DNA of 61,822 nucleotides, the filler included, from Choristocarpus tenellus KU-1152 (taxonomy: Eukaryota > Protista > Phaeophyceae): the NCBI GenBank assembly GCA_964200185.2. It is 9 parts of 9 records of this genome, joined end to end, with 100 filler letters (N's around TTAATTAATTAA, not from the genome) between each part and the next. Parts side by side here need not be neighbours in the genome. Positions count along the whole stretch, not along the records: positions 13,083 to 23,304 come from CAXNAD020003061.1; positions 23,405 to 37,770 come from CAXNAD020001217.1; 7 more parts are not named here. One strand, given 5' to 3'. Within the stretch, counting starts at the first letter, position 1. Each line of letters starts with the position of its first letter. Position numbers and translations under genes: made by a program. The notes below the pieces were generated by a model. The model ran no database searches, had not been told where the DNA came from, and saw only the letters and a program-made list of their open reading frames with translations. Shown here one piece after another: positions 23,283-36,059 of this stretch.

Positions 23283-24960
23283 GGGTCAAAGTATCAGAGG
23301 GGGGNNNNNNNNNNNNNNNNNNNNNNNNNNNNNNNNNNNNNNNNNNNNTTAATTAATTAANNNNNNNNNNNNNNNNNNNNNNNNNNNNNNNNNNNNNNNN
23401 NNNNAAACTCTCTGCTAAACAAGCGCTAACACACCTTCACCCCAAATGCAGGAAGGTTACCATAGCCCCCCCCCCGATCATTTTAAAAAAAAAAAAATAA
23501 GAGATCGCTGCCCCGTCAAATATTGAGTGATCGCATTGGTAAAAGGTATATCAAAAGAATGATGGTATCATCCGGACCCATCATACCATCATACCATCAT
23601 ACCATACCATGAACATCGCCGAAACCCTATATACATCCCCTCTCAGATGTCAGACATCCATCCATCCATCCATCCATCCATCCATCCACCCTATCACACA
23701 TATAACAACATAAACTCTACAATCCATCACTATTACTTCGAGGGTGTCTCCCACAACTTGACAGATAAATTTCCACTGTAATTCACACTGACGACTGTCA
23801 CCCCCCCGACCCCCTCCCCCTTCTCCTGTCCCTGAAAAGCAGCAGATGCGCTTCAGTGGGACACAAACCTCAGCAGAACAACAATGAAACATTGAACTTC
23901 ACTGTACTGCATTTTTCATCCCAACTCACGACATTGGCAGTGTTGTTAACTCCGTCCCCAAGGTGGAACTCAACCACACCAATCCACCCCATACAATCAG
24001 AGAGAGTACTATTCCCACTCACAAAGTACACATACCTGTGGGGGTTAGTGCCACTTCACCATATCGAATCTAACATTCACATGATCAAAATCTACACTGT
24101 TAATTGAAGGCAAAACAAGCAAAAGGGAAGGGGTGCGCGCATTTTGAATCAGTGCAAAATATATATATATATAGAACAGTTTCTCCCCGGCAGAACACAT
24201 TCAAGGAAAGATCCAAATAAGTCCCTGTCCCCAGAAAGGCGTGTCTCTGGGAACAGGCTGTTGTTACAAAAGCCCTCCTGAAGTAAAAGCAAAAGGCGGT
24301 TCTTCTACTGCCACTCCCTAGCACAAAAAAAAAGTCAACAGTCAAGAGCGCTAACGACATGTACAAAAAAAAGTCAACAGCCAATCCATAGAAAAAAAAA
24401 AACACACACACACACAAGGTGTAAACTCCAGTTACAAAGATAGCCCTTCCCCCTCCCTCCACAACCCATCCACCTACAATCACCATTCGCACAAATGAAG
24501 GTCTCCACAAAGGCCGGTTTACCTTTTTTAACACAAAACTCTTGTGGGCGTGGGCGTGGGCACGTGGGGAGGGGGGGGGGAACAACTCAAACATCAACAT
24601 CAACATCAACATCAACATCAACATCAACCCTAACCCCAACAAAAGAGCACAAAATTTCACGCCATTGTAACCCTAAGTTCATACTATGACTATTAGTCGC
24701 AATTAAATTTTCTGCCATTGGAAACAAAAAACTGTAACTACCCTGCCCTCACACTGCTCCTGTCCTGATGAAACAACACCCGCAGTATAATAGATTTTGC
24801 AGTTGTATCCTATATTGTCACAAAAGTTCCTTTTATCGTCACAAGTTGAACCTCTGCGTCCCGCCCACACGAATGGGAGTATCTGTGTGCTTGTGTGTTT
24901 GGTTAGCTCACGCTCCAAAGCCTTTCCTACATCATACACGTTCTTAGATAGTGGACAAAC

Positions 24961-25311
24961 CTTTCCATCATGCTTGGCATGTTCCACATGATAGTTGACA
25001 AGCCTTTCCATCATGTTTGGCATGTTTCACATGATAGTCAACACACCTTTCCATCATGTTTGGCATGTTTCACATGATAGTCAACACACCTTTCCATCAT
25101 GTTAGGCATGTTTCACATGATAGTTGACAAGCCTTTCCATCATGTTTGGCATGTTTCACATGATAGTTGACAAGCCTTTCCATCATGTTTGGCATGTTTC
25201 ACATGATAGTCAACACACCTTTCCATCATGTTAGGCATGTTTCACACGATAGTCAACACACCTTTCCATCATGTTTGGCATGCTTCAGACAATAGTCGAC
25301 ATAACTTTCCA
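24961..25311. repeat. 43-bp minisatellite, about 8 copies
   Basis: Unit CTTTCCATCATGTTTGGCATGTTTCACATGATAG(TTGACAAGC/TCAACACAC) starts at 24961, 25004, 25047 and so on to 25262. Confidence 0.95.
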
Positions 25312-26060
25312 CTGCACCTTGGAAGAAAAAAAAAAAACATTAAAACATAACATAACATAACATAACATAACATAACATTATACCGCAAAGCATTTACGGT
25401 AAGTACCCAAAAAGTCTCACATCACACGCATAGATAGACACACACACACACGAACAAACCTTGGTTGATGCATCTAGGTACATTGAAATCGCCAGTATAC
25501 AAGGTCTCACCTCTGAAACTACCATACACAACAAAAAAGAAAAAAAACGAGAACTTCATGAAGGACTACACGTAGGCGTGAAGCAGTGCACGGCTTCTCA
25601 TGTCGCCTGTAAAATGTTTAAGAAAACCATCTTGTAATCCATTCTTTAACCCATATATATATATATATATATATTTATGTGTGTGTAGATTACGTAAAAC
25701 TTAACACTCCAAGTATTTGTGTAAATGTCTAGAGTGCACTTGTTCCATGTTAATGTGTGGGAGCATTAATGTCAAGTATGGAATGTTTATGGTGCCATAC
25801 ACAGTAATGGTTCAGTGAAGTATAGCTGTGCTTAACATAGAGTACCCTTGCGCTGCAATAATTTTCACCATCTTGTGAGAATATGTCAACGTCTCAAGAA
25901 GCTGAGAAATAGTAAAAGCTAACAAACCAGACCTGGAAATTGACTCCCCTTCCATCTCTCCACCCAACTAACCCGAGAAAAAATAAGCCCAGCCCCCTAG
26001 AAAGCCACTGGGTCCTCAAACATGCACACATAGATACACCCTTCTCATCTTTTCACTCAC

Positions 26061-27914
26061 CTTCCTAGAGTCATTTTTCTCCAAAAGGAAAGCTAGCCCT
26101 CCCTCTTCTCCTTCCCTCTCCTTCCCCTCCCAATCAGCCTCACCCCCCATCCCTGACCTTGCCCCCATTCCACCGACTTCTCGATCCTCAGCGAATTCCC
26201 CATTCTGCTCTCCCCTCTCATACGAGGATGACCCGATCAGCCTAGCACCACTCCCTTGAGATTCCTCAACAAAAGAATTCCCCACCCCAACATCCGCCTC
26301 CTCTGTCAGGAGATCCCTGTCATTGTAAGCCCCTTGCCTGCCAGTCACACCATTTGGTTGTTTTGCAGTGGATTTGTCCTCAGCAGACAATGGCATAACA
26401 TCATTGGGCAGGGCAGGGGCCTGAGAGGCTGGCGGAAATGGCTCTGTTGGCGGATGCAAAGCAGAGTCATTCGCTGTTGAGTTGGGAGGGGGAGGAAGAG
26501 GAGGGGCAGGGACTGGGGTGGTGGCAGAGACAGCATCACCCATCCTTACGGGAGCACGATAGACAGACGGCTGCTGTTGCAGGGGGGGGATAACAAGGTT
26601 TGAAACGCTGTTACGCCGATGTAATTCTTCATCATCCATGAAGATTTCACAATCAGATTCATCATCTGTGGAGGAGCAGAGGCGAGGAGAGGCATGACAG
26701 GCACAGATGTTGGAGCTATGCAGTTGGAGGATGGTATGAGGCGGAGTTGAGGGGGGATGATGGGCAGAGGTTGATAAGAGTAGTAGCGACTGGTGCTGGT
26801 CATAACAGAGTGACCTAATTGATCAACAGAAGAGGGAAGTAAGGGGTGGGGGTGCTCAATAGGACTTTACAGCACATTCTGGGAGCTCAAGAGCAGAGGG
26901 GCCGAAAATACCAAATCTGTATCTCAGTATGGTGACACAGCTTGCGTCCATTAGCGCCTGAGGGCGCATATATTGCCCGCGTGTACATATTACGCCCTCA
27001 AGTCTCATCCCAGCCCAATCGGACGAGGGGACTAGAATGCAGAGTTTACATCATGTAATGGTGTGCACTGGGACGGTCACTTCAAAGGGGGTGGGGTTTA
27101 GTTCCAACAAGATCACAAGACTGCACCAAAATCAAAGAATCTGTAAGCAAGGGAGTATGGTTCATGCACTCCACGCCTCAGGAAACTCATNNNNNNNNNN
27201 TCCCTCACCAGGAATTGAAGGACTCACGAAAAGAGACGTAAATAAAATTGAGTCCACTTCACCTGCAATGTCGACGTCGTCAAAGGACATGTATGCGGGA
27301 GTGTTACGAAGAGCCCGTGTGGGCTTCTTTTTGAATTTTGTGTTGGGAGCGGGCTCACGAGCCTGCGCCGAAGCCTGTGCCATCGCCTGAGAAGAATGCC
27401 CGTGGGAGTGGCTCGAGACAGGCGCAGTCTCTACACTGTCCTTGTTTTCAGCCACCATCTTTGAGGCCTTTGGGGCCCTGAGAGGAGAAGAAGTGGGGCA
27501 TGGTACATAGTTTCAAGACAGTCTGGAGTACTCTCCGTGATAGGCTTGATACCTAAACAATCAAATCAGAGGGGGAGGACTGTACCAGCGCTACTTCATC
27601 GAAAGCCTGGGAACAAAGAATTAACTCTAACGAGCGATAGGCTCGTAGATGCAAGCAATGACTGCGACACTGGTGGGGAGAGAAATAAACCGTGTTCGGG
27701 AAAAGTGAACAAGACTATCCACTCGTCCACCAAGCTATATCGGACAGGAGGGAAAGGGAAATCGCGAAGTCCAAACCAACCTTAGAGTAGCTGGGGCGTC
27801 CGCCATCGGACTAGGGAGGTCGTCCTCGCCATTGTCGAGATGGTCCTCGGCAGTGTTAGTAGCGCCAAATAAGGCCGTCCGAAAAAGATCGCAGACATGG
27901 CATATCTCGGCCAT
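26061..27914 (-). CDS. Uncharacterised low-complexity protein, 5' part; exons 27914-27781, 27477-27209, 26665-26061
   Basis: GCCATGG start. Phase-consistent GT-AG junctions (AG|GTTGGT..TCAG|G; G|GTGAGG..CCACAG|AT; AAG|GTGAGT). Continuous ORF MAEICHVCDLF...PATLR|APKASKMVAE...SPSIPD|DESDCEIFMDDEELHRR...DSRK. Confidence 0.6.
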
Positions 27915-29159
27915 GGCTCAGGTGCGCAAAACACCTATTTGTTACCACACCTTTCAATTCCAATTTTTTTCAGAGTGTTGATCCAAGGAAGGGTTGATGG
28001 TGAGAGGTCCTCCAGAAAAAAAACGAACCACCAACCGTTTTCCGTACGTGGTGTAGGACCACAGTACAGTTCGGAGTTGTAAAAATAGGATGACAGTCAA
28101 GCAGTAGTACTTGTACAAGCAGTTAGGATTCGAGTTGACTCAGATCCAGGTAAGGTTTTCCCGATGATCCCCTGCCTGATGGGCCTAACCAGTCCGTCCA
28201 CACTCTGTTATATATCTCAGAGAACACTTACCAAGTAGTTGGATCACCCACTAACAAGTGACTGGTATACGCTACAATATGTACGGTTGGACGCTTTATG
28301 ACAGTTGTTCTACGTATAAAAAATATATTTTTTGTTTCTATATCACCACCAACATTTTTCACTGGTAACAAAGAACATAATAATACAATCATTACAATTA
28401 TCAAATAGAACTAAAGTAGGTATACGACGTTGAGATTCTAAAGAATACAATACTATAATATACTCTACATGAAGACATATTATGTCCATACATATCACAA
28501 TATCTTTAAGAAATTATAGTACTATCTCTAATTATTGTAAATGGAATCTTCACAAGTTGGACATTTGTTCATCATTACTACTACAACCTCTACAACTATA
28601 ATTAATTGAACACTACACCATAACAACAATATGTAGGATGAGGACGACTGTTCTTGTGGTGTGATAAAGTCGGTGTTCGGAGTACAAAAATTGTTGCAAA
28701 CAGCATTGCATTTTCAAATAATTTTACGGTTCGTTGAGTTTTGAGTTCTATTCTACACAAAACACAACTTAACCTTTTTAGGGTTATAAATTTCATTATA
28801 CAAACCTCTCTCTTCCAAACAGACAACGGATACAATACAAAAAAGACAATTGGGGTACCATTTTAAGGCATATATATTTGGAGACGAACATCCAAACACA
28901 CGTACATTTATTTATTACTGTATTCTATATTTTATTGCGCTCTAACATTTTCTAGATGTTTTAGGGAAAAAGTCGAACCAGTATGACATTATATTAGAAG
29001 TAATTACACTAGGACATTTTGTTACATATTTGATATATCTTACAAGTTCAGTTATGTCAATGAAAAGCCAAATCAATATCATAAGAACCCTCCAAAAGTA
29101 CAGTTGTAAATGTGAAAGATATCTTTCTAAAATCTATTTACTATTTGACTACCAGCTAT

Positions 29160-29570
29160 GTTACACCACTCCCCTCCTATGCCTCCAACCTAGATTAGCT
29201 CTACACCACAGGGCGAGGAGCTAGGGAACCATCCTAAGAATTTGACAGGACCCTTCTTGCTGTTGCCCTCCGCCCCTCTCCCCCCTACCCCACGCAAAAC
29301 TAACTCATCTAGAAAACTCTCTGCTTGCTTACCAAGCCGCCCGAAAATTTCTACCGCAAAGGTGTTGAGATTAAAACTACGAGGGTCGAAAGAACCCTCG
29401 TAGTGGATGCGCTTTCGCGCCTCTGCGGCAGCAGCAGCTACACCATTGCTGGTGGATGAGTGGTTTACGTGGGAGGGTGCTTGCACTTCTGCAAACATAA
29501 CATCTAGGAGGAGAGGCCTTTGTCCTGGTAGGGAGCTGATCCAGCGTCCTCAAATGCCCTAGCATGGAAG
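29160..29570 (-). mobile_element. 3' fragment of a CRE-like RLE retrotransposon
   Basis: AAAAAEARKRIHYEGSFDPRSFNLNTFAVEIFG; 3' UTR similar to that at 6605-6645. Confidence 0.8.
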
Positions 29571-29814
29571 TGTTACAAGTTATAGTTTCAAAAAAGTTTG
29601 GTCAGCATGTATTGTCTTCCTGGAAAGCGATGGTAATGCGTGGAAATGAGATTCTGGTGCAGAGAAGAGGAACAGACCGAACACTTGTATATATTATAAT
29701 ACTCTATGACACGTAGCAGTTTTTGGAAATGTGAAAGATAACTCTCCAAATACTATTTACTTCTTGAACACTATCTATACTACAACACTCCCTTGAACAT
29801 TGGAAATTTTCAAT

Positions 29815-32800
29815 TGTTACATGCACATTGCTGCTGCGCCTCTAATCTAGCTTAGCCCTACACAACTGGGCTAGGAGTTAGGGAAGCATCCCAACAATCT
29901 GATAGGCCCCTTTTTGCCCATCTGCCTGGTGTCTCTGACTTGAAACGCATAACATGTCTCTAGAGAGACACTTGTATAGTGACGGACACCATTGGTCGTA
30001 AGTAGGACTTGACAACCCCTTTCCAACTATAACATCCCACCCCCCCACCCCCAACTGTGTGTAGCCAACTCATCTAAGAAACTTTCTGCTTGCTTGTCAA
30101 GCCGCCCAATAATTTCCATCGCAAAGGTGTTGAGCTTATAACTACGAGAATCATCAAAAGAGCCCTTGTAGTGGGTGTGCTTTTCGTGCCTCAGCTGTAG
30201 CAGCAGCTACACCGTTGCTGATGGATGATTGTGATAGACGGGAAGCTGCTTGCACTTCTGCAAAAGCATTATACAGGAGGAGGCGATTGTCCCCAGTAGG
30301 GAGTCAATCCAGCGTCTACAAGTGCCCCAGCAGACCATATTTATGCATAATTTCTTGTGCATTATGAATGGGCTACCATCTTCTATAGTGCAAGGGATGC
30401 CTATTCCCTTCCAGAGCTGACCTAGACACATAACCATTGGCGTGTGCTGGCGCACCTATCTCCCTGCCTTAGGTCAGGTATGAGCATGTCAGGTGTCAAT
30501 ATTACGACCCCTGCACCTGGCCACCAGACACCTGTTGGATAGGACCTCCTCCCTCCCTGAAGATCTGCTGGCAGTGAGTCAAAAATCCACACTAGGGATC
30601 TGGCGTGCTGGTACCAGGAACTGAGTGGAGGCGCAGGCACTTGCCCATTGTCCACCTGACTCCAATGGCGAGGCAGGGCTAGCCAAAACCTTTCCCTCCT
30701 TCGTTCTCCATCTTGGAGGCTGGCCAATTGCATCCAAAAAGAGTCAAACTGGCTCCTGCTCAGGAGGCGGGTGAGATCATATTGTCCCCCCTTGTTATCC
30801 TGGCGTCATGGACTCCTAGAGTGCGGGCATTCTGGATAGTGGTAGGATTTGTTGTTCCTCCCCAGGCTACCCAGCCTTGGCTAGTAATTCACAACAAAAC
30901 TTCTGAAGGTACTCCTGAGGAGGAGGAGGGCGTGGACGAATGATCCCAAGGCCTGGACTGTGGGGCTCGTACAGATGGCCTGTGTGAAACCCTCTCCATG
31001 GGGTCCCTGTTGCCTTGCTAAGAGGGTGGGGAGAGTGGCCACTAGCAATCCTACAAATGCTGCCAGCTGGCGATGTTAATGGAGGACAGGCCCAAGCCCC
31101 CCGAATTTGTAGGCATCTGCGTTTGTACTTGTTCGATTATTTCCAGGTGAATAGACACATTTCCACAAACACCATGGAAGAAATCAGTGGCTCCAGGTGA
31201 GTCTTCTACCTCCATGATCTTCCCTTGAGTTCACGGTGAGGTGTTGTCAACTTGTTCCGTGGTGGAGTGTGCCATATGGGGAGGAGTGGCCCTTACCAGA
31301 TAGCCCGAGCGAGAAGAGAGAGGGACCAGGAGAGTCAAAGTATCTTAGAGGGTAGAGTCAAGTCCATTTGGAAGCCAAAAATCCAATGTTGCAATTTTGA
31401 TGTAATTTTGGCTATCATATTTGTTAGGAGATGTCAATATCCTTGTTTCGGGCACACCTTTTCAAAGTGTATACATTTTACCAACTCCGAAACATTTTGG
31501 AGTAGGTAAAATGTCATTAAAACCCCGTGGAAAGCTAAGCCCCAAATGGACAAACAGAGCAAAACTCGCACCCTGTAAGATACTTTCACTCAGGAGTATA
31601 GGACCAAGGCAACTTGTTCATCCTTCCTCTCATTCAGGTGCGTAACCAGCATTCGTGGGCCTGAGCTCTCAATATCCCCGTCCATGTGGGCTTGGATTAA
31701 ATCATCTTCCCTACTGGAGCCCCAAGTGTAACAAAATCATTTGGACTGGAGCCAGGTTAATTCCCATCGTGGCCAGGAGTTCCAGGTCCGAGGGTGATAG
31801 CAGTAGAGATTACCTCCTTTGTGGAAATGGACATATCATCCAAGAAACTTCAGGGGGAAACCCCCTGGGGTCCAAAGGTAGATTGGACCCGGTGTAAAGC
31901 TTTTGCTGTTGCCATGCAGTATAGGAGGGGGGCAAGTTGTCTCCCTGTCCTTGACGGCATTATCTTCGTCCCTGCCTCATTCAGGAGGGAAAAAAGATCA
32001 CGGGCGCCCCCACACACCTTGTACACGTAGGGTAGGAGTCCTGGTAAGGTCTCAGGGAGAACCTCCATGAAGCCCAAGCGGCATATGATAATGGGGTCTT
32101 TTTTTACATCTAGGCTAATCAACCATTAACCACGCTTGATCCTTAGTCGAATGTCTAGTAGGGCACACCCAACCCCAATTAGGGGCCTATGCCAAACTGC
32201 CCTATTCCTACAAAAAATTTCTCAAGGTAAGGGTGTTACTCGATGTATCTTAATGGCGGTTTCATAAACACCATGATGACCTTGAAATCCTAGATTATAA
32301 AATTTGTACTTTTATTATTTTTTTTACGCATTATGAGGCCTCGCACTTAGAACAAGTCGTTGTTCAGTCCTGTTTATTCCCCTTTGAAGCCAACAAAGTT
32401 AATAATCGAAGTGAGAGATCCAGCATGACATTTCCTTTATAGAGCCCTTTACGAGCCTGATCGTCCACATACAGCCTTGTGGATTGGAGCTATAAGCACC
32501 CCATCGTGGTAAGCTTGCGGATAATTTTGTAGCAAGGGCGCCAGTCTTACAGAAGGCTGAAGAACATGCCCTTCTAAAGAAGAGTCACAGCCGACTGGTC
32601 GGCACTTCTCCTCGATTGCGAACAGTCTTAAAGTAGTGAGAAACTTCCAAAAACTAGGGATGTCAAGAGACTGGGGAGGTATAGGCCAGCTCCCATAGTT
32701 CACCAAACGCCCCCGCCTCTTCTTCCTTCATGGCCAACATTTGTTGTTACGGCTAATCAGATATGGCTGAGGCGCATCTCATCAAGACCTGCTGCAAAAT

Positions 32801-33985
32801 TTTGCCATTTGCTCTCATTAAAGACGTCCCCAGATGGAGGTGGAGGTGTACTCCCCTTCAGGGGGGCAGTATTGTTGTTCCCCATAGCCTGTGTCCGTTG
32901 AAACTCTATCTTTCCCCTCCATTATCTCTCACCTGAGTTTGTTTGGGTTCTCAAACTTGGGAACCAGTAACCTGAGCGTCTCTTCTGTCCCCAGGGCTCT
33001 GGGTTGTCCTGGAAGAACACTCAACCCCTTGGAGATACCTCAATCAAGGTGACTGAGTGCTGCGGCTTATTCCTACAAGCAATTCGGGTCATCTCCTGGG
33101 AACTCCCGACATCTGCTGTTCCTCTGAGATCGTTCCAGTAACAACGTAGTTAACTCCTAGATGTTCCCTGAAGCTAAATTGGTGAGTCGTTTCTCCCTCG
33201 AGAACTTCCAATCATTGGCCACTAAAAGTCCAGAGGCCAGGTGGAGGAGCACGGATACTCTGACAGTCCCTACTGAAAGGGTCCACCCCTCTAGCCGTGG
33301 GCCAGTCACTTCATATATCAGGAGGTCCATTGCATACATGATGGCGATCGTGTGGGTGGTGCGAAGCCTGTGAGGGACCTTCTTAACCGTGGTGATATTT
33401 ATTCGCTCCTGGACTTCCGTCTGAACTTAGTCAAGTGTAGAAGCAACACTTTAGGCATGAACCCCCCACGACAGGCGTGTATGTGGGGATGGGTGGACAG
33501 GATTTTCTGGGGGTGGGAGGAAGGAGGGGTGGGTTGGGATAGAGGAAGTGGGGGAAAGGATGCGAGGGAAGCTGTGATCCCCCTGATAAAAGGGTATACT
33601 GTGGGGAAGTGAGATGGGGGAGAGGGGGAAAAATTGGAAGGGGTTTCCAGTAAGGAAGGCATTGCAGATATGGATTGACCACTCAGCAATTTCCGCCACT
33701 CTGAGCGAGTATGGGTCTAGGAGGTACTCTTAATCGTTGCAGGGTATGTATACGACCTCTTCAGGGCTGAACTCCCAGCAGGAGTGGACCTGGTCAAAGC
33801 CATCATTACCCCCCCACACTCCTGAGAAGGCTTGACATATAGCACAGACATATGGTTCTCCCTCATCCTTGTGGGTGTGGGAAAGAATGGAAGGCATTGG
33901 GTGGGAAGCCAATTGCGTATAAAAAAAGGGCAATAGAGAGACAGGATATTGTGGGGGCTCCACTGTTCTGTGTGATGCAGGCGGA
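29815..33985 (-). mobile_element. Long decayed CRE-like non-LTR retrotransposon with nested insertions
   Basis: RT motifs KCRPVG (about 32590), LAPLLY and SFLDDM (about 31835), then GGLGL, zinc knuckle and RLE segments homologous to 11455-12982. Contains a MITE at 31332 and a repeat at about 32255. Confidence 0.75.
31332..31591 (+). mobile_element. MITE family A, full length, AGGA TSD
   Basis: AGGA|GAGTCAAAGTATCTTAGAGGGTA...TAAGATACTTTCACTC|AGGA. Confidence 0.92.
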
Positions 33986-34388
33986 TGGGTCAAAGTATCT
34001 TAGGGGGGGGTGCCGGCGTCCATTTCTCACTCTCTTTCGATTTTCCCTTTTTGGTGTGATTTGGTCGCACGTGTCGGATTTGAAATGTCAGCAAAAAGAA
34101 GACTGTTGATTAGGTTCATTTCTGTCCTTGCGTAGGTAAGGATAACTGGGATATATGCCACCATTTAATAATCGGGTTTTGATTGGGGGAGGAGTTTGGA
34201 CGTTTGCATGTATCGGATGTCGAGTCTGCTCAAATATGCCTATTGGTTTGTGTGTGTTGGTCGCGCAGTTATGATGAACAACAATAGATATACTTAGGAT
34301 GCTGTTCCAGTTTTTTTTTTTTGGCATGACTGGGATTTGGTTAGCACCCAAAGAGGGTTGTCGGTTAGGGTGTGCTTTGCCATTGTTT

Positions 34389-34645
34389 GAGTAAAAGTAT
34401 CTTAGAGGGTACGATTTTTGCCCTGTTCGTCCATTTGGGGCTTGGCTTCCCATGGGTTTTTATATGACATTTTCCTACTCCAAATGTTTCTGAGTAGATA
34501 AAATTTATACGTTATGAAAAGGTGTGTCAGGGACAAGGATACTGAAACTTCCTAACAAACACGATAGCCAAAATTACATCAAAATCGCAAAATGGATTTT
34601 GGCTCCAAAATGGACGCGGCCCTACCCTCTAAGATACTTTGGGTC
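34389..34645 (-). mobile_element. MITE family A, full length, reverse orientation (a decayed copy follows at about 34838-35050)
   Basis: TTT|GAGTAAAAGTATCTTAGAGGGTA...TACCCTCTAAGATACTTTGGGTC|TTT. Confidence 0.88.
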
Positions 34646-35259
34646 TTTATGAGGAATATAAAAAAATGATATTGTCTGCTGCGGGGTTGCTCTGTTCGTT
34701 TATTTGCTTGCATTGGTTGTTTATGAAACGTGTACATAGATGATTGTGGGGGGGGGGTCTGTTCTCTCCACGTCTGCACGAGGAACCAAAACATACGGAG
34801 AGAAAGTGTCTTGGAGGATTAAAAAATGTCGAAATGGGGATCAAACACCAGAATTGTGATTTTGGTGTATATTTGGCTATCGTGTCTGTTAGGAGGGTGT
34901 CAGTATCGTTGTTCTGGACGTACCTTTTTCATAACGTATATATGTTCCTAGTTAGGAACGTTTCAGAATAAGTAAATGTCATAAAAAGCGTTGGAAGTCA
35001 AGCACTAAAGGGACAAGCAGGGCAAAATTCGTGCCCTTTAAAACACCTTCGCTCTGTTTTTTGCACAGTTTAAATCTATGACTTATATTTGTTTGTGCGC
35101 ATGTGTTGGATGTTGTATGCAGTAAGACGTGGTTGTTGTCGCTGAGGGTGTTAGAGTTGAAGTTGTGGGTTCGAGGTACAGCAAAAGGTGTAGACGCAAT
35201 ACTTAGTGTGTACGAGTGGTTAATGGTCAAGTAATATTGTCATACTTTCCGAGGAAAGT

Positions 35260-35518
35260 GAGCCAAAATATCTTAGAGGGTAGAGCCACGTCCAATTGGG
35301 GACCAAAATCCAATGTTGCGGTTTTGATTTGATTTTGGCTATCGTGTTTGTTAAGAAGAGTCAATGTCCATGCTCTGGACACAAATTTTCATATTGCATA
35401 CATTTTACCTACTCCTAAACATTTTGGAGTAGGAAAATGTCTTAGAATGACCCATAGGAAATCAAACCCCAAATGGACAAACAGGTCAAAAATCTTACGC
35501 TCTGAGATACTTTCACTC
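35260..35518 (+). mobile_element. MITE family A, full length
   Basis: AGT|GAGCCAAAATATCTTAGAGGGTA...GAGATACTTTCACTC|AGT. Confidence 0.9.
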
Positions 35519-36059
35519 AGTAGTTCGAGGTACACTTCCACAAGTTCTGGGCTGGAGCTGTGGTTAGGGCATCGTGGGTGGACTTAGGCATATGATCCCC
35601 TACGATTTGAATGACTACACTTGATCAAGACTAGTTCGTCGACAGTTGGGCAAAGCACGAGGTGGTGCATACAGTATTGAAAAGAATGGAGGGAGGTGCG
35701 TTATCGTGTACAAGGAAAAAATAATGGCTCACAGAAGGACAGGGTATTCATCGCTGCCCCGGGCGGATGGAGCAGAGTTGTTTGATCGATGTATTATATT
35801 TTAGCGCTGTAACATTGTAGCAGACATGCTTTTAAAAACAAATTATAAGAAAGGTCAGATCCTCAGCGTGAGTATGATATATGATACGCTGACGACTCTG
35901 ACCGGTAGCTACGTATCTTTTGGCTATCTAAATGCATAACTTGTGGGATGCAAAGTCCATGAACATGAGAGTCGGACACCATGGAAAGATACACTCATGC
36001 AGAAATCTGCACAACCTGCAACTCTAACCGTACTTGAACAGAAAACCTGAACGACCAAA

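Noticed and set aside
24100-24660. 186-aa hydrophobic membrane-protein-like ORF
   Set aside because: Composition derives from microsatellites and homopolymers (LMLMLM, FFFF); no ATG start or domain.
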